From Veleropilina oligotropha (lineage: Eukaryota), in the NCBI GenBank assembly GCA_048128005.1, contig JBEUKZ010000022.1, positions 62,001 through 126,000 on the forward strand: 64,000 nt of DNA, read 5' to 3'. Shown here piece after piece: positions 47,025-58,763 of this stretch (positions within the stretch are counted from its first letter, which is position 1; each line of letters begins with the position of its first letter). The notes beneath the pieces were generated by a model that searched no databases, was not told where the DNA came from, and worked only from the letters and a program-made list of their open reading frames with translations. Position numbers and translations under genes: made by a program.

Positions 47025-47124
47025 GCGAGCAGTAGTGGGCCGTCCCTGGGGGCTCTATATAGTCTACGTTGGATCGGAAAAGGTGCATTCATCCCTACTC
47101 TAAGCTACCCTAGGCTCGGAACGG

Positions 47125-47181
47125 GTGCTGGGAGCCGTATTTTCCCATTCTAAAAAGTCTACTGACCCCCCCCCTGCTGCT
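47125..47181 (-). repeat. Right TIR of copy B
   Basis: Reverse complement of 31761-31815. Confidence 0.95.
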
Positions 47182-47469
47182 GACGGGAACAGGCCAGTAG
47201 GGTTTGCTATTGCAGCGACCCTACACGTTCATCTGGAGCAGCTAAGTACAACAGATAATGTGAAAGACGGCGCCCCAAGCAATGTTCTCGCAGTGGTTCC
47301 CATAACTTTGCAGATGTTCGGTGAAGCCGCACACTTTCATAGTCATCCAGAATTTCGGCGACTGCAGGCCGGGCTACCCACTGAATTGAACATGTATATC
47401 ACAGACTCAGATGGTAACCTGCTAGACAATCACGGTATGCCTATTTCCGCAGTCCTTGAGATACAATGA
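47182..47469 (+). pseudogene. Minor capsid gene of copy A, 3' half
   Basis: DGNRPVGFAIAATLHVHLEQL...AVLEIQ* resumes exactly at the duplicated GACGG. Confidence 0.9.
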
Positions 47470-48464
47470 GCAGCATTTATGGAACTCTTCTTGCAGATGT
47501 GCCTTCGGAACAGTGGCACCGCATGCACAACTTTGTTCTTAATTGTGGAGAAGCACGCAAGAAAGAGCTTTTGAGGAGGTAGTTTATACTTCCAAACACA
47601 GGAGGGCAGTTTGGGTCAAACCCAGACCTTCTAACAATTCACATAATGCCCGTCTAGCCGGCTGGGGGTAGCCCCAAGTCATGATCCATAAATAAAGTTG
47701 GTCTGGATTCGGATAAGCTAACACTCGCCTTTGCCCTCAAGGCCCCATGGATGAGTACCCTCTATTTGAACGTCAAGGTAGATATTATATCCCAGCCTGT
47801 AGAAAAGTATAGCTATATATAGATGGACAAACCTACACTACCATCAGCGCCAATGCTGTATCCACAACTTGATGGCGGGCCTGGCGACATTCTTTCGGAA
47901 CTGTTGGAGGCACAGTCTTTCCGACTGCAAAAAGTGAATGAGCTTCAGGGACAGCTAGAACGAGAGAGGGACACAAGGGCTGCTCTGTACAAGAAGTACC
48001 GAAGAGGCATGAATGTCATTGATGGGATAGATTCGGCCTTTGTCATTGCCAGCCTTGGTATGGGTAGCGCCGGCATTGATCTGTCGTCAACAGTTATTGC
48101 GGCACCTGTTGTATTAGTGCTTGAATTAGCGGCGTTGGGGTGTGGGCTCGCTAGCATGGGTGGTAAATACGTTAACCGTCGCCTCCAAGTGAAGGCTAAG
48201 AAGCACGATGTGATACGAATACTGGCCGAAAACAAACTGAACACCATCAATGACCACATTTCAAAGGCCTTAGCGGATGGGGAGATGTCTGATGATGAAT
48301 TCCAACTTGTTACAGATGAGATGGCGAAATATCGGACAATGAAAGCAACGCTCCGTATCAAAGTTACAAAGGCGCACGGTTTCACAGACCCAAAGCGAGC
48401 TTATTGCGCATGTTCGTAAAGAGGCATGCGCAGAGTTACTGAAAAAAATCGGAGTTGGCGATTA
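47466..48464 (+). pseudogene. Copy A homologs of the 120-aa gene (stops) and the 210-aa gene (3' frameshift)
   Basis: MSSIYGTL..., MDKPTLPSAPMLYP... Confidence 0.8.
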
Positions 48465-48548
48465 ATCATTCAGGTTAATCGTAATCACGACTCCCCCCCC
48501 TTATTAAAGCTATGCCTCTATCAGATATAGTTATATCTGGATATAACC

Positions 48549-48938
48549 ATGAAGTCTATGCTACTGTGCATTGCCGCCATGTCATGGCTAGCGGGGGTCT
48601 CACAGGGGGTATCACACGACACTGCACCGCACTGGGCTAGGTACCGAAACCACCCCTCGTATAACATAAGACTAGACCCCCTGCGAAAAAACTTGCTACG
48701 AAATGTCCCTGATGTTCCCCCACCTATGTGTCACTACTATATTATCGGAGAGAATGACTGTGGCCCCAACCCGCATACTGTCCTATGTGTTCAGTGTGAA
48801 CAGCCTTCACAATCCCATGGTCAAAACGGACAACATTTCTCTTTACTCTCTAATGGCTGCTTTGGGTCATGGAGAAAAATCGGACAGCAAACGTCATGCC
48901 ATTGTTCACTGATCACTGAAAATTATATATTTATTTAA
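48549..48938 (+). CDS. Putative secreted Cys-rich protein, copy A (129 aa, open)
   Basis: MKSMLLCIAA, WARYRN.P.YN, GENDCGP.P, CHC..ENYIFI; 7 of the 8 mature Cys shared with the copy B protein. Confidence 0.78.
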   Translation: MKSMLLCIAAMSWLAGVSQGVSHDTAPHWARYRNHPSYNIRLDPLRKNLLRNVPDVPPPMCHYYIIGENDCGPNPHTVLCVQCEQPSQSHGQNGQHFSLLSNGCFGSWRKIGQQTSCHCSLITENYIFI

Positions 48939-49066
48939 CTAATGTGATTCTACACCCTCTCTCAGATAGTCAACGCCTAAGTATACCCTCTTTTTCGGTA
49001 CATTCCAGGCACGTTAAGTGCACGTTGTCGCGGATGTGGCCCCTGCTGTTGTCCACACGGTCGACA

Positions 49067-49558
49067 GTGCTGGGAGCCTTCCTAGCCCAAATACAGCTGG
49101 TTCTGAAATGGTGCTGGGAGCCTTCCTGGCCCAAATAGAGCTGGTTCTGAAATGGTGCTGGGAGCCTTCCTGGCCCAAATAGAGCTGGTTCATTCACCAA
49201 CCCCCCTGCTGGGAGCCTTCCTGGTGCCAGGAAGGCTTGCGGCGCGTCTACATTGCGGTGCCACAGGTGCTGGGAGGGTTCCTGAGCCACTCCTGGCCCG
49301 CATAGAGCTAGTGCATTTTGAAAAGGTGCTGGGAGCCTTCCTGGGCCACATCTGGCCCACATAGAGCAAGGGCATTTCTGAAAAGGTGCTGGGAGGGTTC
49401 CTGGGCCACTCCTGGCCCGCATAGAGCTAGTCATTTCTGAAAAGGTGCTGGGAGCCTTCCTGGCTCCACTCCTGGCCCAAATAGAGCTAGTCATTCACCC
49501 CCCTGCTGGGAGCCTTCCTGGCCCAAATAATCGAGTTCAAAATGCCCTAGTCTCCCAC
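49067..49558 (-). repeat. Right TIR and subterminal array of copy A
   Basis: Reverse complement of 18629-18922 plus extra shortened units. Confidence 0.92.
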
Positions 49559-49840
49559 CCTTGACATTTGATCTTGGAATACCTAGATAACCGAAAATGA
49601 CATAATTAACGAAAATTGGTATAAATATAATGTGAACATTAGGGGCATATTGAGCTGGCTTCAAAATTTGACCTTGACTTATGACCTCAGACCTAGATAG
49701 CCGAAAATAACCAAATAAACATAAATGCGCCAAAATGAGGTACACAAATTTACAGTCAAGGGGGCACTCAAACGTGACCATGACCTGTTATTTATGAATT
49801 TGGTGATGACGGAAGCCATGTAACGGCTTGCAGTTCTAGT
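49559..49840 (+). repeat. Right part of the TGACCTT satellite/HINE-type host element
   Basis: Array resumes; ACGGAAGCC (imperfect inverse of GGCTTTCGT at 17380), small hairpin AACGGCTTGCAGTT and CTAGT end. Confidence 0.6.
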
Positions 49841-49984
49841 CATTATTATTATTATAACTAAAATAACATTTATTTCACAAATTGACAGCGGGGCAAAACT
49901 GACCTGGGTCACTTTTGTCCTGGAATAAAACTGACCCAGGTCAGTTCTGTAGGGGGTCACTTTATCCTGCTACATCTGCATTTG

Positions 49985-50215
49985 ACCATATGCTAAATGT
50001 CCTGTATATTTACATCAGGTTCAAGGCAGGACATGTCCATATTATCGCGGGATGAAAGCCCGTGGAAACCCACCCTCACTGCCAGTTACTGACAACTGCG
50101 ATTGATAAATGAACAAAGAAAATTAATGCCCCAGGCGAGATTCGAACCCACTCCTGTTAGTTGGGGAGATCGAACCAGTGATTTCAGAGTCAGCACTTGA
50201 TACCACATGACTACC
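49985..50215 (-). mobile_element. tRNA-derived SINE (same family as 5715-5900)
   Basis: B box GGTTCGAATC on the minus strand; shared body sequence. Confidence 0.65.
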
Positions 50216-51410
50216 GTCAAAATTATACATATTCATTATCCCACGACATTGAAATTAATACCTTTATTTTGCTTCAACAGTAATTTATTTACATTCTCTT
50301 GCAATCAACAGTCATTGATCATGATCAAGTGAATTGTTTAATACCAATTGTATATTGATAATTCCTCCAGCATTTTATGTTGCATAGAAACTGGGAATCC
50401 AGGACAAAATAGAATACCTCTGCAACACAATGGCAACATCATCAAACTCTGCTTTGCTTCAGTAGTGTTGATTCAACTTCTGATTGAATACACTCCATAA
50501 TTATCAATCATAGTATTAGTAGTCCATAACCGAAAGAGGCATATGGTTTACACCATATATTTAACATGCCATGATAATATGGATAATATAATAGGACAAT
50601 TATATTACAAAAGTTCCAAATGGAATATAAGCACTGTAAAACACAGATATAAATAATAAATATATCCAGAAATTCATTTTAAAGACTATATGGCTAAGTT
50701 ACATCAATTTTATTTGTCAAGAATATGGCATGAATTGGCAATGTACTTAGCAGCTTGTGACAAAATTAAAAAGCAAAAACTATATCTGATAAAAATAATA
50801 ACTGCCTGATGGGAACTCATGCACCACGGTTATTGTCCTTTGACGGTTAGTTTAAAAATAACAAAATATATCACCTAATACATGCCAATGCATTATAAGC
50901 TAAGTTAAATCTTCTCTTGACATAACACTTTCATTTTTTTTTTATTTCAGTCTGTGCTTCTTCCATCTTATGATGTGAGGTTTATTTTTTTAAGTGAAGG
51001 CTTAAGCAAAATCATCATTTTGTTAACATCCTTGTTTTGATGATTTGATTTAAATTTTTTTAACAAATTGGGACAATATTGACATGGAAGGAAAGCTTAG
51101 AATATCACGGCAATCTCACCCGTTATGGATAACCATGAATGACATTGAACCACATAGTCATTATGAGTGTAAAGAAAGATGTGAAATAATACTTACAAAT
51201 CATGATAACACAGTTACGAGTATCTATAATCCAATCATTATGTTTAAATTAACATGGGGGATTCAAATCATGGTGGCTATGCCAATCTTCACTATAAGCA
51301 ATGATTACCATGGGTCAAAAAGGCTGTGTGCAATTAATAGTAACTTAGCACACCATAGATATCATCATATGGTACATGTACATATGGGTTCTAAATAAAT
51401 ACCACCATTT

Positions 51411-52142
51411 ATAGATACATAGATAGATAGATATTTATTCATTTTCTCCAATAGTAATAATATATAATATATACAATAATATTTGCAGTACACAATATAA
51501 ATATTATGGTATGCGCTACCATTGTGAAAAATATGTTTGATGCTTGAGTCATTAAGACTGTGCCTCATAAGATCGTGATCTTATAAGGTAGCGTCACCCT
51601 TATAGAGATTAAATATACTTATAGTTATATGCTAAGGTGCCTAAATTTACTAATACAAATTCAATAGTGTCAAACATTTATAATATTTTCTGGATATACT
51701 TAATGTGTCGTTATGTTTGGACTGAAAAAGAAGATTTTTAGTAAGATGCTATTCTGATCTTTCTAAAATACATTAATTGTTTTACTCTCCTGTAGATTAT
51801 GTGCTACATTCCCCCGACAAAGATGGAATTTTACATAGTAAACTTCTGTTGTATATTTCTCTGGTGTGTCCTTGTATAATTGGGTTGTATCTATTTCTTG
51901 TGTTGTAATTATGTATATCGGAAGACCTTGAGAATATATTATGTATAGATTGTGGCATTGCTTGTGGCGAAATTTATATTCTAATTTGCATAGCTCAATT
52001 TCAGTCAAATCTTCTAAATTTAGAATATCTAATAATTTAAATATTGGATTAGTTGGAGCATTATAGCTTTCGTTTATTACAAGTCTGACACATTTTTTCT
52101 GTAATTTTAACAATTTGTTAAAGTGATGTTGTTTAAGTGATG
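51411..52142 (-). mobile_element. 3' fragment of an L2/CR1-group LINE
   Basis: KLLKLQKKCVRLV...YNAPTNPIFKLLDILNL is typical of post-RT C-termini; AATAAA followed by an (ATCT)n tail on the minus strand. Confidence 0.7.
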
Positions 52143-52400
52143 TTGCAAGACCTATAGACGGCAAATTCGGATGGGTAGAATATCACCCCCGCCATGTATG
52201 AGATGTGGTGTCGGCACGAAATCGGCCGTTCTGTTGTGTAGAAAATGTGGAGATCATCATGCTGCCCAGGCACTCATAAACACTGAAAAAATAGCCCGCC
52301 GTCTCTACGGCAAAGTATTGCGCGAGTTGCAGTCGTGCGCGACTTAAACAATTTCCAATTAGAGACGGGTGTCATAGTGTCATCCCCGACATATATTGAA

Positions 52401-55400
52401 ATGATACGTGTCTCCCTCAGAGAACTACGTAATTTAGTGAAAGATTACGGGCTTCCCGGTAGGTCGAAGCTCAACAAAAACGACCTCATCAGGGCAATAG
52501 CTGGGGTCCTTGCTGCCGAGTTTCGGAGGAGACTCGAGAGGGCGATGAAAACGGTAAGATTCCCCTCCATTCGTGGAGATGTGGAGAACCCCCACAAAAG
52601 AGGCAGTCGTGCTCGCGAATTGCAACAGCTCCAGGACGAGGTCGATGTGGCTCTCAAGGTCAGTAAATACACAACCCAAGCTGAGAAAAAGCCATGACTA
52701 CGACAGAAGCCACTTTGTAACATCACGGATCGAATCGTCAAGCCACGCCTGCATGGTCTGACTAGGTCTCTGAAAGAGACCCTTGCCCAGGCAATTGCTC
52801 GGAATGGGCCCGATATTCTGAGAGACCACTTAACCTCGAATGAATATTATTCCCTTCTCGTTGACGATGTCGCGGTTCTGTTCCATGATGGAGCTTATAT
52901 TAAAAAAGGCGCCGACGTCATTCGTAAAGAAATTACCGATGCTATTGACGGTCATAGATTCGACTTCCAGGCTGTTGTAAGGGGGCCTGACATAACAGAC
53001 GAAGGCGCAGTGTATTGGGTATCATGCGAACAGAGGGATCTTTGGGTGACGCTGGGCATGGCCTCGGAGGTGTTAGAACTTCTAGAACCCGACACACGAT
53101 ACAAGTTGTTCACGGTAGTGGGGAAATCGGCCAAGGAGCCTCTTGCCCAAGTGACAGAGGAAGTGGGTGTCTCTGAGCAGCACATTAAGGGGAAGGGGGT
53201 GGTTCGCGGAGACCAGGTCAGCACCGGGTCTCTTCATGGTATCGATCAGCATACGTGGGAGAAGGGGAGAGAATATCTCGTCTATGTTAAGTATGAGCTG
53301 CGTCCACTTCCGGAGCAGCATGGAGAACCGGGGCCAATGCTAGCCACTCAAGAAGATGGAGAGTTTGTAAACTGCTTCGTCCGCTGTGTGGTGGACCACT
53401 TCCAGAACAAAATGACGAAAGCCGGAGATGGGTTAACAAGGAGCCGCAGACAAATTCTTAAGCAGTTCGACCGAAAGCTTGCAGAAACGGGATGCGCACG
53501 CGAGGATATGTTCTCCATTGAAGCGGCTCTCAAAGTCAAGCTTATTGCCGTCGACGCATTAGGCAACACTCTATGGAACAGCAGTAAATACAAGGGCCGG
53601 CCCAAGATTCTGGTGCCGTGCCATAACAACCACGCATGGGCAAACAACCCGACTGATCCGCCCAAGATCTTACAGGTTTACAGTCTCGACGACATCGCAG
53701 AACAAGCCTTGTCTGCTGTTCTGGGAAAGACGGGACGAAAGACCACTGTGGCCCAGAAGACCATGGACCAAAATACAAGAGAGGTTCTGATCTCATTTGC
53801 CACCAGGGCCATCCCATCGACGGTCTGGGTCTGTGGACAGGCTCGCGAGGATGCGACGAATTGCCATCCTTCCGAGATCCCAGAAGAACTTGAGAAGCTT
53901 GAAGAGGAATACCACAGATCGACCCACGCCATGGGTGGCGCCATGTCTTACCGGTTCCAAAAGTGGTTGGCCCGCGAGGAGATCAAGCCAGCGCCCGAAA
54001 AACACTGGGACACCTGGAGAGCGGCTCAGGTTGAGGCCAAGGTTTGGAATTCTAATGACTCAGCCGCAGGCACAAGTGTTCATTATCATATCGACATGCG
54101 CGCAGTATACCTTGGCTGCGAAGACTCCCTTTGTGGGTGTGGGGGGGGTGGTTGGAGATGCCATAGATCTAGTGCGCTAGTATGAGTTTCCGACGAGTAT
54201 GGTGCGTCGAGCGAACGTCGAGGACGTGTCCACGTGGCAATTCAGCCCAGAGACGCACCCCTATACCGTAGGTCGTGTAGGCGAGCACCTACGGGAGAAG
54301 CAGGGCTGGATCACTACCCCCGAGCTTTCAAACTTGATTAGGTGATCTGGTGGAGGTCACAGCGCGCGAGGTGGTATACAGCGTAGGCATAAAGGCCGCT
54401 ATCAAGTTCCCATTAAGAGACCTGGCTGTGCGCTTCATTGGCAAATGTGCTCGCCATGGTGATGAGTCGAGCATCCTAGTCCGTGATCCAAACGAGGCCA
54501 CCTACTTGGCCAATGTTCTCGGCTGCACTGACCATCTCTTGAACTTCGAGAAGGCTGGCAATGTCCACCTCATTCAGTACAAGGACGGCAAGACCAGGAC
54601 GCAGTGGTTTCATATACGCGCCTTCGTACTCGCATATACGAACATTGCCCTCCGCCGCGTGCTACGCAGATTCCCACAAGAGGATGTCCTTCGTGTCTGC
54701 ACCGATGCCATATACGTCAAGAGCCTGCCCGATTCGGTCGAACATATGCTGGTCCAAGACCAGCCTAGGTATGGGCAATGGCTACGGTATGGGCAATGGC
54801 GACATAAATCCCCGGGATATGAGTGGCGCCCAGAGGCTGCTGCTTGGACGATAGAGCATGCTGGTCGTCTCGACTTGCCCGCGGCGAAGGCCACTCCGTT
54901 CCCTTCCGATATCAGCGAGACCACCTCGCGACGTTTAAACTTCGCAGGTCAAGGCGGGAGTGGAAAAACCAAGTGGGCTGTTCAGACATTTCGTGGTCGG
55001 AAGCTGGTGGTGCTCACCCCCGAGAACGACCTGGCCGAAGAACACCGCAACAACCCGAGACTTGGTCTAGAGAATCCACAAGTCCAGACGATCCACCACT
55101 ACTTATGTCTACCCATCGACAAGCCAATCGATGATTGGGACCCGGCTGCCCTGGGACACCGACTCGATAACCTAGCCGAGGTTATCATCATCGACGAGTG
55201 TTGCAAGGTCCCCACAAAGATCCTGATGACCGTCGGACGTGTCAAATCATATGCATCGGGGATATGGGGCAGATCCCACCATGGGGCGATAAAGAAGGCC
55301 CTCACCACATGTTAGCAGACTGGGCCGGCCCCAACCTGCGGTGTTTGACACCGACTATAGGTGCCTGTGCGAGGCGTGTGGCGAGCCGTGGTCCTGCTGT

Positions 55401-56010
55401 TGCTGTCAAAATGCCAACATCGGCTTTGCATGGCGTAAAGGTGCAGATGTAGTGCTCTAATGACCAGCAACAGCTCAACGTCTTCAGAGATAAGTTCGTA
55501 GAAGCTGTAGATCACACCAAGCCCGATGACATCTGGATCTGCTCTACGAACAATCTAGGCACGCATGTCCAGACCCAGCTTTCAGGCAGCACAGAACGAC
55601 AAACCCCTTGCTTCCTGCTAATATTCGATTCGAACCAGACGATAGCATCTCGCACCGGTACCGCAAGCAGGGTCGGCCTATAGAGATACCGGATAGTCTA
55701 GAAACCGTGCCGGCCTATCGAGGGACCATCGTCAAAGTCCCACTTGAACTAGTCGAGAACGGGCTACCGCCTGAGTGGAAATATGCGGGGTGGGGGATGG
55801 TGCATAGGGTGCAAGGGAAGACCATTCAACCGCCCAGGCGCCTATACATCGTCGACCACGGTCTAAGTGGCTGGGTGAGCAACGCCGTATACACAGCAGT
55901 GAGCCGGGCCCGGTTGATGGATCAGATTGTAAGGGTTCTGCCACCTGACGATGCTCAGGGTGATATAACTCCCACCGATCAGCAGGCCACACCTTCGCGA
56001 GAGCTCATCT
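52401..56010 (+). pseudogene. OTU-like/PolB-like/SF1 helicase fusion, copy C, broken; HNH end deleted
   Basis: Highly similar to 19571-23252, with different stops and frameshifts. Confidence 0.88.
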
Positions 56011-58666
56011 TTAAGGGGCTGGTCTTGTAGATATCAGCAAACGCCTTAGCTACTTCGCTGGCCGATTTCGATGTTAGTGGTCTGGCAGCCTTGGTCAACG
56101 CATACTTGTACGTTTTACGGCCGACCTTGTCATGTGGGAGGTAGATCAGATCGGCCTGGTGGATCACACCGGGCCTGACTTGTGTGAAACGGGCAAATAC
56201 TTATCTAGGGGGTTTCGTCTACATGTACAGACCAACCTCCTGTGTCGAGATCCACTCCCTGATTCTTTTTATTGAGGCTGCGCCTTTTGGAAGCCTTGAA
56301 TGCAGAGCTGCGACGCCATGGAACCCACATCTGCGTAGTAGTGCTTGCGGACGGTTTCGTCGAGTTCTTTAGCCATCAGGGGCTTTTGTTTCTTCTCTGC
56401 CATCGATACTTGCGAGGTATTCCAGCAGATCGATCAGTCTCCAACAACCTGCAGCGACCGGCTCCGGATGCTGCCCAGTTGCCGCCCGGAGATTTGTAGG
56501 CCCCGATAGCACCATTGTCGCGAAACGCATGGCAGCCTTTTCATTCTGCCGCCAGAGGTCGAGTGACTTCTGCAGTATTTCGACCATTGTAGTACCAAGG
56601 GTACAGGGGATTTTGTGCCTTTGAGCGGCATAGCCCACCTCTAGCACAGCACAGTACAGCTCTTGTGGGAGCCCCATTATATATGTATATTTTATATGTA
56701 TACATACGAAAAAATGGAAATAATAGCACTTAGGCGAACTTGTAGGCTAACAGCCCGGTGGCAGCCATCCCCAGGATGACGAAGGTGACCTCTCGTTTTC
56801 TTGGTCATCGCTCGGCGTATAGTAGTCAGACAGCTGGGGCTCGGAGGCCCCGGGGTCAAGGTTCTTGCCGGGGATCGATGCATACTCATGAATCGCGGCG
56901 TCAACATCCTGGAATGTGCGAATGGCATGACCCTGGCGGCGAAGTTAAACGTTAAGCTAATCGAGACGCTCTGCCCTCTTTCGGGACCATTTAGTCTGAG
57001 CGGCCTGGAATTGCTCTATTGCTTTGTCGTGGCGTTTACGCTCCTCATCAACACCTGAGCCGCATAGCTTCGAGAACAGGAAGTTTGACCCGCTGAAGGC
57101 AAGGGCGTTGACAAGAGCACCCCCAACCAGCATCGCTATGGAAGCCATTGTAATGCTATTTATAATGCAATTATACGGCACTACTTCAATACGTCGGCTG
57201 GAATGATGCCTTGTTTGATCAGCATATATTTCGTCGCCATGGCCAGCGTTGCGTCGAGGGCCACCATCCCAATATCATAACCAGTGAAGTCCAGTTTGGG
57301 GCTTATCCCATTGAAGACCATCTTTACCAGGCGTGCGTAGCCAATGGCAAGGCCAAACACTATAGCTGAATGATAGACGGCATTGCCAAGCATCTTTCCA
57401 TCAGTAATTGGGGTAGTCATGTTGTTGCCACGGAAGAAGTTTTTCGAACTATTTAGCACAGGATGCTAGAGCTACTCGAATTATTGCATATGAAAAGGGT
57501 TGTGCTTCTTCAATTCGATAGTGGGGGCCGGCGTGCCCGCGACTGGTGGCTGTTGATATGGCATGGATGTGGATAAATCACTGCTGCGTTTCCATATAGT
57601 TCGAAGAACAAATAACAACACAACCCCGCCTGCAGCGAAGAGCCCATGGGTCCAATTAAATGGGTCCGATTTCCATGTATCTGGCGCCGGCGGATGGTCT
57701 ACTGCACTTGCGCGAAAGTCGTTTTCGACAGCTATCGCTGCGGGGTTATTACCACCGTTTGGCTGTGCCTTCGGCAGTTCTGAAGGAACAGCAACTTTGC
57801 TGACATTTTGTCGGGCGTCTTCTATAATTTTTCTAACCTCGGCAAGTAGCCTCTCATGTTTAGCTTTCCGAGCGGCAGCCCCGGCCCACCCTGCGTCCAC
57901 CTTTTTAGGGTCCTTTTTATTCCCTGATGAAGTCACCCTCTCTATCGGCTGTACCTGGTGGCTCGCTATCATTTGGTCCACTTGCTGCATTGTAATTATT
58001 ATACTCCGAACTATCTCTTTCTATCTTGGGGGGGCAGACATGTCCAAATCGGCAGTGTTTAGCCGTGGTCAACGCTGCAGTCAGCGGTGCTAGATACATG
58101 CCATATTTGTGATACAACTCACAGGTTGCGGAGCACAGCGCATGTGAGATGAAATGGTCGGCCTCCAGGTCGGCGTCCAATCGTAGTTGGCTTTCTGGTG
58201 AAATGGGCAAGAATATCCCAGCTGCTCCAGCATAAAGATGTATAGCTGCAGTCCCCAGGGTTTTCGTCATTTCGGCACCGAGCTTCGCTTCGTACCGAGC
58301 GTGGTGTATATCAATCTCTTCGTCGGTCATAGCGTCGATCCGATCAACCGTGAGGTTGCGCCCCAAGTATTTGCTAGCCTGTCCTCCAATGGCTAATGCT
58401 GCAAGCCTCTCCCGCTTTTTTGCCATTCCTACGGAACTGGCGAAGCCACTGACAGGTTCCTGGCCATCGGTCGTCAAGCGGTTTCCACAGACAGTCGTTT
58501 CTTGTTCTTCATCCAAGAGTTGATCGATAACTCTGTCAATCCTTAATCGTTTCCAACATCTTCTTGCCAATCTAATATATTCATAATGCCAATACCACAA
58601 TGTTACGAGTAACAGCAAAATAAGGCTCTGGCTGCAGCAAAAGCTATATATACAGCTTCTGACATG
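56011..58666 (-). pseudogene. Copy C integrase remnant and five small genes
   Basis: HQADLIYLPHDK..YKYALT, MGLPQELYC, MASIAMLVGG, MTTPITDGK, KKDPKKV, KRERLAAL. Confidence 0.85.
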
Positions 58667-58763
58667 CCATATTGTCGGAGACAAATGCTATAGCTAGGTA
58701 GATGCTAAGTAGATGCTATAGCTAGGTAGATGCTAAGTAGATGCTAAGTAGATGCTAGGTAGA

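Larger units (their letters stand above)
31761..47181 (+). mobile_element. Polinton/Maverick-like endogenous virus copy B (15,421 bp, all ORFs open)
   Basis: TIRs AGCAGCAG(G)nTCAGTAGACTTTTTAGAATGGGAAAATACGGCTCCCAGCAC at 31761-31815 and 47125-47181; GACGG duplication at 31756-60 and 47182-86; integrase, ATPase, capsid and replicase genes. Confidence 0.96.
18629..49558 (+). mobile_element. Polinton/Maverick-like endogenous virus copy A (outer, decayed; ~15.5 kb once nested copy B is removed)
   Basis: ~290-bp TIRs (18629-18922 and 49267-49558); CCTTG duplication at 18624-28 and 49559-63; same gene order as copy B; host satellite continues on both sides. Confidence 0.93.

Noticed and set aside
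46871..47103. Collagen/elastin-like GQPPP or GPGVV ORFs
   Set aside because: Translations of the 15-bp tandem repeat with non-ATG starts and no homolog in A.
48970..49494. 174-aa ORF ending in an HNH-like motif
   Set aside because: It is a translation of TIR repeats running into an 80-bp captured fragment; reported as a DNA-level finding instead.
49882..49974. Small internally palindromic element with CTGACC/GGTCA repeats
   Set aside because: Probably a short MITE relic; termini too degenerate to define.
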